Shown here in pieces: positions 1-8,074 of a stretch of DNA of 64,000 bases (within the stretch, counting starts at the first letter, position 1; each line of letters opens with the position of its first letter). A program made the position numbers and the translations under genes. This DNA is from a virus, in IMG/VR virus record IMGVR_UViG_3300045988_171725, positions 32,001 through 96,000 of that record; one strand, given 5' to 3'. The notes beneath the pieces are model-generated. The model worked only from the letters and a program-made list of their open reading frames with translations. It searched no databases and was not told the origin of the DNA.

Positions 1-162
1 GCGGATGAGAAAAACGAAACGGTAGTTGTGAGCAATGGTTCGCTGATGGGAACAGACACATATGCAAAGAATTTGAGATTAAGCAGCAAGGCGTCGCAAA
101 ATCTTATTATCGCGACCGACAATTCACCTTGCGAATGTATATATAGAATAATTTTGAATTAA
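1..162 (+). CDS. 3' end of an unidentified upstream gene (partial, runs off window start)
   Basis: Frame 1 is open from nt 1 to TAA at 160-162 (...NSPCECIYRIILN*). No start lies in the window, and it is too short for the supplied track. Confidence 0.3.
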   Translation, partial: ADEKNETVVVSNGSLMGTDTYAKNLRLSSKASQNLIIATDNSPCECIYRIILN

Positions 163-202
163 AAAAGTTGATAAAACGATTGGGACAGGGAGTCATGACC
201 TT

Positions 203-225
203 TTCCACAACTCCTTTTTGTGGAA
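203..225 (+). terminator. Hairpin downstream of the partial gene (possible terminator or 5' leader structure of the HEG)
   Basis: 8-bp stem TTCCACAA (203-210) / TTGTGGAA (218-225) with a 7-nt loop. T-rich sequence follows, but not immediately. Confidence 0.25.
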
Positions 226-272
226 TTACCAATCTTTTATAATATTTTGTTTTTTTTTAGAAGGAGCTAAAA

Positions 273-1444
273 ATGAGTAGTAAAAAAATAATATTACCAA
301 AGAGAACTTATATGATTTGTATATAATACAAGATAAAACTATTGAAGAATGTGCGGAATATTTTAATTGTAGCAAATCTGTTATAAGAAGAAGGATAGCA
401 CAATATAATATTAAATTAAAGGGGCATTCTTATACGAGAAGACATATAATACCAAAAGATAAGCTTTATAAATTTTTTATAAGAGAAAACCATTCGTTAA
501 AAGAAACCGCCAGCAAATTTGGGTGTTCTGGCGCGACAATATTACTAAGATGTAAAGAATATGGCATAAGAAAACTGGGAAATATAGTTGATAAAGATGA
601 ATTATATCAGTATTATATTGTAGAGAATCATACCAAGAAACAATGTAATCAATTTTTTAATTGTTATGTCGACCCGTATCTTCAAAAATATGGAATATTA
701 AAACCAAAAGATAAAATCAATGAGAATACGTGGCATGAAAAATACCATGTTGATGTTGATTGTTTATATGATTTATATATAGCTAAAAATCATACGGTTG
801 ATGAATGTGCGGAATTTTTTAAATGTCCAAAATCTAAAATAGAAATAACATTGCGAAAGAACAATATACACAAGGTTAATACTATTCCAATACCAAAAGA
901 TGAACTATATAATTATTACATAGAAGAAAATCATACAGCCTATGAAACGGCTGAATTTTTTAATACCACCGTTTCAAAGGTGTTTTATTGGGCAAATAAA
1001 GTTTATGGAATAAAGAAAGATGTCTATAAAGCAAATGAGTTAACGCAGAAGAAAATGCGTGAAAACAAAACTTTTAATAGTTCCAAACAAGAAGATTTAT
1101 TTTATGAATATTTAGTAGGCAAATATGGAAAAGATGATATAATCAGACAATACAAGGAAGAAAGATATCCGTTTAATTGTGATTTTTATATAAAATCGAA
1201 AGATATTTTTGTAGAGTTAAATCTTAATTGGACGCATGGCAGAGAACCATTTGATTTTACAAATCTAAATCATATACAAAAAGCTAAGATATTAGAGGAA
1301 AGATCGGTTTATTCTGATTTTTATAAGATTGCTTTAAATGTTTGGACTGAACGCGACCCGAACAAAATTAAAACAGCAAAATTGAATAATCTTAATTACG
1401 TTATGTATTATAACGTTAAAGATTTGTATGATGGCAGAGTGTAG
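273..1444 (+). CDS. Homing-endonuclease-like protein: five tandem HTH-like modules plus a PD-(D/E)XK-like C-terminal nuclease. The reading frame is broken by 1 nt near 297-302.
   Basis: The track ORF is 317-1444. A strong SD (AAGGAG, 260-265) serves ATG 273 in a different frame (MSSKKIILPK...), which joins the long ORF only after a 1-nt shift (...ENLYDLYIIQDK). There are five ~45-aa repeats of the pattern [IL]PK[DE]xLYxxYIxxN(H)xxxExAxxF. The C-terminus has FNCDFYI...VELNLNWTHG...WTERDPNK. It is paralogous to 11824-12945. Confidence 0.6.
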
Positions 1445-1461
1445 CTTTTGCCATTTTTTTA
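1431..1461 (+). terminator. Putative intrinsic terminator
   Basis: Stem ATGGCA (1431-1436) / TGCCAT (1449-1454) is followed by a T7 run. It overlaps the HEG stop codon. Confidence 0.4.
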
Positions 1462-1474
1462 TAAGGAGTAAAAG

Positions 1475-2341
1475 ATGATAAAACAAGTAAAAAAGGAAGT
1501 TGAAGAAGAAAATATAATAGACAGCGTGTTATCGTCTGAAACGAATGAAACCATAGATCCTACCGAAGGGTTGTCGGAAGAAGATTTAGCAAATAGGCGA
1601 GAAGTTTTGTCGATATTTCATTATGACCCATTTGAAAGAGAATGTTTATCAGATCGTAAAAAAATGTATAGAGATGTTACCATAATGGTCACACCAGATC
1701 TCTCAACTGATTTACCAAAACAAAGAGGATGTATTGATTTGGTTCGAAGTTATTTGAGAGCCGATAAAATTTCGGTAGCAATTCAAGAGCTCACGAAAGA
1801 TGCGGATACGATGATAAATAATGATAAAAAATTAAAAACCTTGCAGGATTTTCAAAAGACAACGAGCGACATAATCCAAAAAAACTTAAAAGATTTTGGA
1901 TTTAGTGAGCGTTATTCGTTAGCGAAAAGTAAGGGTGTCGGAACACTTTCTTATATAATGCGTGAAAGCGAGGAAGTCGACCGCGATGACGAGAAAATAA
2001 ACATTTACGACGTTGAAACAAGCAAAAGTATGCAGTTGGCAAGCGATATAAGCGCCGAATCGTTTTTTAAACAAATCGCGTTAAATGCGGGTGATTATAA
2101 GGATATCGTAACGAAACAGAAAAAGTTAATCAAAGAATTGACGGACGAAAACAAAAAACTTAAAGAAGAAAATCGGCTTATTTACGAACAGATAACCAAA
2201 GAAGAACTTTTGAAAGAACTTGCAAAGAAGCTCGAAGGGAAGGGTTTGGGGCGTAGAGAAATACAAGATATGGTTCTCGCAGAAATTCATTACGATGATA
2301 ATGAAATAAAAGAGATGAAGAAGCGAGGTAAAAATAAATGA
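1475..2341 (+). CDS. Hypothetical protein, possibly the small terminase subunit (by position only)
   Basis: SD AAGGAG precedes ATG 1475. The stop overlaps the terL start (ATGA). The protein is 288 aa, acidic and coiled-coil-rich. No motif was recognised. Confidence 0.35.
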   Translation: MIKQVKKEVEEENIIDSVLSSETNETIDPTEGLSEEDLANRREVLSIFHYDPFERECLSDRKKMYRDVTIMVTPDLSTDLPKQRGCIDLVRSYLRADKISVAIQELTKDADTMINNDKKLKTLQDFQKTTSDIIQKNLKDFGFSERYSLAKSKGVGTLSYIMRESEEVDRDDEKINIYDVETSKSMQLASDISAESFFKQIALNAGDYKDIVTKQKKLIKELTDENKKLKEENRLIYEQITKEELLKELAKKLEGKGLGRREIQDMVLAEIHYDDNEIKEMKKRGKNK

Positions 2342-4242
2342 TAAGTTTATATAGCCGAAAAACAGAAACCGACCTTACGATACGTAAAAAAGAGTCGATG
2401 GATAAATATGTCGATTTGATTCAATGGGGAAGAGAAAACCCGACGAAATTTATCGAAGAAATTTTCGGGATACAACTTATCGACTTTCAAAAAAACCTTA
2501 TTCTCGGAACATGGACTTCAAATCGTGCGGTTTGGTGTGCCGCTCGTAACAGCGGTAAATCATTCTTGGTAGCGATATATGCAATGCTTCGAGCGCTCCT
2601 TTTGCCGAATTGCACGATTTATATCGTTTCAAACTCGGCTGACCAAGCGCAAGCGACCTTTAACAAAATTTGTAAATTATGCCGTGGTGAAGAACAGTCG
2701 GTTCAGACGGACCCTTGTATGTTTTATAACGAGTTAGTCAAAAGCAACGCCAACACCGATGGTTTTATAAAGAAACAAGGTAACTATTCACTCACGCTTT
2801 TTAACGGTAGCACAATTCAAACACTCGCAGCGAACCCTGATACTGCTCGTGGTCGCCGTGCGAATGTAGTTATATTCGATGAGGCGGCATACGTTTCTGA
2901 TGTTATGTATCAAGCGTGTTTGCCTTTCATCAACCAAGACCCGAACTTCAAAACAGGAAAAGGTTTCAATTCGAAGGTTCATCCGAAGACCTTCAACAAC
3001 CAGATTATAATGTGTTCTTCGGCAGGAAGTGTTAATACCGAGTGTTATAGAGCTTATAGACAATGTATAATAAATTCGATTATTGGTTATCCAGGATATT
3101 ACGCCGCAGATATAAACTGCGAGATGACGCTTCACCCTTACATAAACGGCAAACCCGTTCCAGCGATAGCGAATAAGGCTGAAATGGAAATGATAAGAGA
3201 TACCGATATCCGAAAATATAACACGGAATTTATGAATTTGTGGACAGATATGGAATCGCCCGATTCACTTCTTCAACGTTCCGTAATAATTCGTAACGAG
3301 AAAAAATATTTACCCGAAACCGCGAGTACCGACAAAACGAAAAAATACGTTGTTTGTTGGGATCCCGCCGTTCAACACGATAACAGCATTGTTTTAGTCG
3401 GGGAAATATTCAGAGATGAAAAGGTCGGCTTAAAGGGCAGGTTGGTAAATTGCTTCAATCTTATTGAGCCAGCGAAACAAAACGGCGGTGATCGCCAACC
3501 GTTACGTATGCCAGACCAAATCACTTGGGTTCGTAAGTTTTTGCGCGATTACAATAACGCAGAGAACCACGAATACACAAACGTAACGCTTCGAATGGAT
3601 TCAGGTTCAGGTGCAGGCGGTAAAAGTATACCAGATTACTTAATGCCGTCTTATACAGATGAAAACGGCGTTAGACATGTCGGTGTTTATGATAGTAAAT
3701 TCAATCCAGATAACGATGGTACGGGGACTTCTTATCAAGATATGCACAGAGACAAATTCCCCGAAGCAGTAGATTGTTTACAGGCGGTAGAGCCGCGTAA
3801 ATACAGAACCGAGATGTTCGGCGCGTTAACTTCGATGATTGCGCAAGATTACATCGAGTTCCCGCCATCACTTCCCTCGCGTGGAGAAATTGAAAACGAA
3901 GACGGCTCGGTATACAAGTTGTCGTTAGAGGAAACCCGCGCGTTACTCGAATTTGACCTTTTGAAAGACGAAGCGGTAAGGATGCAACAAACGAAATTGA
4001 CGACGGGCGAAGTAAAATACGCAATGCCAAGCGGCAAAGATCACGACGATAGAGTTTATTGCCTTGCTCTTTTCGCCTCTTATTTGGCAAATATGCGCCA
4101 AGCCGAAAACCGTGCGTCTGAAAATAACAACACGAGTGAATTTGCCGATTATATAATGAGCCGTATTAGAGAAGGCGACGGCAAAAAGACTCAAAACCCG
4201 TTCGCGGGTAAAACGAACCCGTTCGCGGGTAAAAAGTGGTAA
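2338..4242 (+). CDS. terL: Terminase large subunit
   Basis: 634 aa. Walker A-like CAARNSGKS, Walker B-like VVIFDEAAY, and nuclease-half acidic motifs VVCWDPA and GKDHDDRVYCLAL. It sits upstream of the portal-sized ORF. Confidence 0.85.
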   Translation: MISLYSRKTETDLTIRKKESMDKYVDLIQWGRENPTKFIEEIFGIQLIDFQKNLILGTWTSNRAVWCAARNSGKSFLVAIYAMLRALLLPNCTIYIVSNSADQAQATFNKICKLCRGEEQSVQTDPCMFYNELVKSNANTDGFIKKQGNYSLTLFNGSTIQTLAANPDTARGRRANVVIFDEAAYVSDVMYQACLPFINQDPNFKTGKGFNSKVHPKTFNNQIIMCSSAGSVNTECYRAYRQCIINSIIGYPGYYAADINCEMTLHPYINGKPVPAIANKAEMEMIRDTDIRKYNTEFMNLWTDMESPDSLLQRSVIIRNEKKYLPETASTDKTKKYVVCWDPAVQHDNSIVLVGEIFRDEKVGLKGRLVNCFNLIEPAKQNGGDRQPLRMPDQITWVRKFLRDYNNAENHEYTNVTLRMDSGSGAGGKSIPDYLMPSYTDENGVRHVGVYDSKFNPDNDGTGTSYQDMHRDKFPEAVDCLQAVEPRKYRTEMFGALTSMIAQDYIEFPPSLPSRGEIENEDGSVYKLSLEETRALLEFDLLKDEAVRMQQTKLTTGEVKYAMPSGKDHDDRVYCLALFASYLANMRQAENRASENNNTSEFADYIMSRIREGDGKKTQNPFAGKTNPFAGKKW

Positions 4243-4255
4243 AAGGAAATAAAAG

Positions 4256-4672
4256 ATGATTGGAAAATTAGTAGTAGATTACGAAGAAGTAAGTTTGGGA
4301 GATTTGTTGGAGTTTTTAATTGATAAAGGTATAGAGTGTTGTGTTGATGGGGATAATATTTATACATATTTAGAAAATTACAAAGGGGTTCGGGAAAACT
4401 CTATAATAGTGAATAAGAAGAAAATACAAAATTATTTCTTCAAAGAATTAACCTCACCGCCGACTCGCACTCCGACAAATTATGTGCAAACTTGGCTTTT
4501 AGAGAAATTCAACGAACAAGAACGTCTTCGCTTCGAGGAACAACATCAAGCCGAATTAAAAAAGGCACAGGAGAATATCCAGAAGGCGATGGAAGAGTAT
4601 AAACAGTTATACACAAAATACGTAAATCAACAAAACAAGGAGGCGCAGTCCGATGGCGGATCAAACAACTAA
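4256..4672 (+). CDS. Hypothetical protein
   Basis: 138-aa ORF with an upstream purine-rich SD, packed between terL and the portal gene (20-nt overlap with the portal start). Confidence 0.5.
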   Translation: MIGKLVVDYEEVSLGDLLEFLIDKGIECCVDGDNIYTYLENYKGVRENSIIVNKKKIQNYFFKELTSPPTRTPTNYVQTWLLEKFNEQERLRFEEQHQAELKKAQENIQKAMEEYKQLYTKYVNQQNKEAQSDGGSNN

Positions 4673-6602
4673 AAAACGCGGAAGACCGCGCAAAATTGCA
4701 GTAGATGAAGATGAGAAGATTTTAACCGATAACGCGAGTGAAACGCTTATGATGGAACAGAAGAGCGCGGCGGGAACGAACGGGAAAGTAACCATTAATC
4801 AAGTGGCGGAGAGTTTATTCTCGTTGTACGGGAGTGTTCTTGGCACTTATAACGGGAAATGGGGGGAAAACAACATAAACCTTTACAACCCGTTTTTGCA
4901 GAACTCGCGATTGAAGATGATAAACGCGTCCCCAGTAACGGAGACGCCCGAAGAAATCGCGCAAGCGTTGAAAGACCCAGGGTCTCACGAAGAAGAGCTT
5001 AAATCGGTCTCGGCAGGGCTTTCTGCTCGGCAATACCTTTATTACAAGATATTGCGTGAAGCGTGCGATGTCCCGATGTACAAGAGTTACTTTTTACCCG
5101 AAACGCTCGAAGACGCGAGCGAATACACAAGTAAAAAATTCCGCGAGGAAGAAGCTTTTGTGGAAGAGTGGAAAGATAAACTCGACCCGCAGGCTTTGTT
5201 CAAAAGAATCGGGATGGAAGTCAAGAGAGAGGGAAAACCGTCTTATATATTCAGACAATGTATATATGAAGACGAGGGGAAAAAGCGCGTTAAATACGTA
5301 ACGTTCCAAAAACTCCCTGCCGCTTATACCAAACTCACAGGAATTGGCGAGCATGGTTACATTGCGAGTTTTAACCTTATGGTATTTATGAACCCCGCAT
5401 TTTCGCCGTTGCAATACCCCGAATTCATACGTAAGATTTGGGATAGCATTATTACTGGCAGAATCGTGTATCGCGACAATAAAGGTAATTATGCGGTAGA
5501 TGCCAACAAACTTGCGCAATTTACATACGACGACGAAGGACAGGAACGTAAAGGGACGATAGAAATCGCTAAACAGGCGGCTTCGACGGTTTATTTGTAT
5601 TGGGTGCAGTTGCCGCAAGACCTTTGCTTTACTTTTATGAGCGACGGTTCTAACGCATGGTCGGTTCCCGACACGATAAGCCTTTTCTCGGACCTTCAAG
5701 AATTAAGCGATTATTCAACACTTGCAGGCTTGATAGCGAGCAGCCCGTTGACGGCTGTTCTTACAGGTCAGGCAGAATTTATAGACGGAGCGCAGCCAGG
5801 TCAAGATCAGACTAAGATCAGACCGACGACGCTCAATGCGTTCCAGAACTTTTTTAATTCAATAGTTTCTGGAAACGTAAATGCTTTCTTTGGACCGTTC
5901 AAAGATATGAAATTACAGTCGTTGCCGAATATACCGAATAGCAGCGACATTAAAACGAAGGCGGTTCAAAACTTTATTTCCTCGGCAGGAGAGGGTGGTT
6001 TGATTGTTGCAACCGATAAACCGTCGGTAGCGATGATTAAAGGCGCACAAATGCTTGCCGAGTCTCAATACGATTATGTCACAAGACAAATCGAAACAGC
6101 CACAAACACTGTACTTGAAAAATGGTGCGGTTGTAAATATAAATGGAAGCTTAAACTTTGGGGCGGAATTTATACTTTTGACAGTCAAGTCAAGAACATG
6201 AAAGAGCTTGTGTCTTCGGGCGCAACGTTCGTCCTTCCAAAATTAGCTTCTGCTTATGACATGTCTCTCAGGCAGGTACGCGGAGTATCGAGCTATATTG
6301 ATGAGAACAAGTTGTATGATAAATTCAAGACATTAGGTTGGGCGCAGAGCATACAAAACGCACAGGCTCGTAGCAGCTCGACACAGGATTCTAATGGCGT
6401 TGGACGTACAGCATTGGACGATACCGATATAGAAAACGATTCCACGGCACAAAGCAGAGAGACGGGCGCTAACATCACCGAATTGAAGGAAGATTATGTC
6501 GCTCAACATATTTGCCCGTTGTGCGGGAGCGAAGATGTTGAAGACGGTCATTTCTTATGCTCGGAATGTGAAGAAAAGATGGAATTAGACGGGGAGGAAT
6601 AA
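4653..6602 (+). CDS. Portal protein (by size and position), with a C-terminal CxxC...CxxC zinc-ribbon-like tail
   Basis: 649 aa. SD AAGGAGG precedes ATG 4653. It lies immediately after terL and before the scaffold and capsid genes. The C-terminus reads HICPLCGSEDVEDGHFLCSECEEK. No portal motif was recognised with certainty. Confidence 0.6.
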   Translation: MADQTTKKRGRPRKIAVDEDEKILTDNASETLMMEQKSAAGTNGKVTINQVAESLFSLYGSVLGTYNGKWGENNINLYNPFLQNSRLKMINASPVTETPEEIAQALKDPGSHEEELKSVSAGLSARQYLYYKILREACDVPMYKSYFLPETLEDASEYTSKKFREEEAFVEEWKDKLDPQALFKRIGMEVKREGKPSYIFRQCIYEDEGKKRVKYVTFQKLPAAYTKLTGIGEHGYIASFNLMVFMNPAFSPLQYPEFIRKIWDSIITGRIVYRDNKGNYAVDANKLAQFTYDDEGQERKGTIEIAKQAASTVYLYWVQLPQDLCFTFMSDGSNAWSVPDTISLFSDLQELSDYSTLAGLIASSPLTAVLTGQAEFIDGAQPGQDQTKIRPTTLNAFQNFFNSIVSGNVNAFFGPFKDMKLQSLPNIPNSSDIKTKAVQNFISSAGEGGLIVATDKPSVAMIKGAQMLAESQYDYVTRQIETATNTVLEKWCGCKYKWKLKLWGGIYTFDSQVKNMKELVSSGATFVLPKLASAYDMSLRQVRGVSSYIDENKLYDKFKTLGWAQSIQNAQARSSSTQDSNGVGRTALDDTDIENDSTAQSRETGANITELKEDYVAQHICPLCGSEDVEDGHFLCSECEEKMELDGEE

Positions 6603-6606
6603 TTCA

Positions 6607-6798
6607 ATGGGAGAAAAATGTAATCATCGAATTAAATCGAAAAACACGACCTTGCACTTACTTGGTCGGTTATTTATGACGCACCCGAATGTCCGTCACG
6701 CCGTTTGTATGATTTGTGGAAAAGAGTTCAAGTTTGTCGAAGATGAAAATGGCGAACTTAAACCCTTTAAGAAGAACTGTGAGGAGGCAGAAAAATGA
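6607..6798 (+). CDS. Small zinc-ribbon-like protein
   Basis: 63 aa. SD GGGGAGGA precedes the start. It has Cys/His pairs (CNH...H...CMICGKEF). The stop overlaps the next start. Confidence 0.45.
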   Translation: MGEKCNHRIKSKNTTLHLLGRLFMTHPNVRHAVCMICGKEFKFVEDENGELKPFKKNCEEAEK

Positions 6799-7301
6799 AG
6801 ATTTCAGAAGCTTGTTACGAGCAATTGAACAATCTTATCAAAAAGAGTTTCGATTGCAATGCTCAAGCGGATAACTTCGCGTATAACATCGATTACACGC
6901 GCTATCCGAACATCGCAAATCTTTATCATCATGCGTTTGCCCACAAATTTCCTCAGCTTGCGGACGTCATAAGTGACCTTATGATACAGTTAAACGCAAG
7001 ACCAGTTAGAAAGGCAGTAAACGAGTATAAATCGGAATACCTCAGCCTTTATGACTTATTTGTCGATAATGACCGAATGATGGAGGAGTATAGACAAGAG
7101 GTGCGTAAAACTATCGATATCGCAGATCTTAACGACGATTATGAAGTTAGAATCGCGATGGAAGATTTTTTACTTAAACTTTTGCCTTATGTAAAACAGT
7201 CGGATATCTGGCGCACGAAGAGTGAGCAATATAAGGACGATCCGTCGCAATTTGATGTGCATTTTGCAGAATTAACTACGCTTATCCCACACACATTATA
7301 A
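6795..7301 (+). CDS. Hypothetical protein (helical)
   Basis: 168 aa, SD GAGGAGG, translationally coupled to the upstream ORF. Confidence 0.5.
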   Translation: MKISEACYEQLNNLIKKSFDCNAQADNFAYNIDYTRYPNIANLYHHAFAHKFPQLADVISDLMIQLNARPVRKAVNEYKSEYLSLYDLFVDNDRMMEEYRQEVRKTIDIADLNDDYEVRIAMEDFLLKLLPYVKQSDIWRTKSEQYKDDPSQFDVHFAELTTLIPHTL

Positions 7302-7336
7302 AATTAATTAACTTATAAAAAGGGGACTTTTAACAT

Positions 7337-8074
7337 ATGAAAGAAATTGTCGATTCAATTATTAAATATGGAAGTACCCCTGTACTGATAGCTGCGCTTG
7401 TGTTTATTATTATTTGGTTTGCCAGATGTTTTAAAGATGTAAGCGAAAAACAGCAAATAATAAGCCAGAAGTCCGAGGAACGGATTACCGAACTTTTTAA
7501 AATGATGAAAGAGGTCGGGGATAATACTAAACACACTCATCCTGGACCAGAAGAGGAAGAAAACAGACGCTGCAATGATTTGGTAATGAGTTTATTAAAT
7601 TGTTTGCGCGAAGAATCTGGCGCAAATCGTGTAAGTTGTTTTATATACCATAATGGGGGGTATAGCGTAACTGGAAGAAGTTTTCAGAAAATGTCGATGC
7701 TTTATGAAGTAGTTGACGGGAAAACAGTTTCGGTGATGAATTCTTTTCAAAATGTTCCTCGAACAATGTTTTTCACACTTACTCAAAAACTATCAGAACG
7801 GGGTTGTTACGATATCAGCAATATCGAGGACATAAAAGATGCCGATGCGATAACGTATCAAACCTTTTATGCAAGAGGGGCAAAGGCGGCATATTGCGGC
7901 GTAATCAAGGATAGCAGGAAAAATATACTTGGTTTTATCGTTGTTGAATATACTGCCGACAAATGTAATGATGAGAAAAAGACAAAAGACCTTATCAAAT
8001 ATAAGGTCAGCAAAATAAGCGCAGCATTGGAGGTAAATCCAGAAGCTCCGCTTAATCAAGGAGGGAAGAAATAA
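7337..8074 (+). CDS. Membrane-anchored hypothetical protein
   Basis: 245 aa, with an SD. One N-terminal hydrophobic helix (PVLIAALVFIIIWFA) is followed by a soluble domain. Confidence 0.5.
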   Translation: MKEIVDSIIKYGSTPVLIAALVFIIIWFARCFKDVSEKQQIISQKSEERITELFKMMKEVGDNTKHTHPGPEEEENRRCNDLVMSLLNCLREESGANRVSCFIYHNGGYSVTGRSFQKMSMLYEVVDGKTVSVMNSFQNVPRTMFFTLTQKLSERGCYDISNIEDIKDADAITYQTFYARGAKAAYCGVIKDSRKNILGFIVVEYTADKCNDEKKTKDLIKYKVSKISAALEVNPEAPLNQGGKK

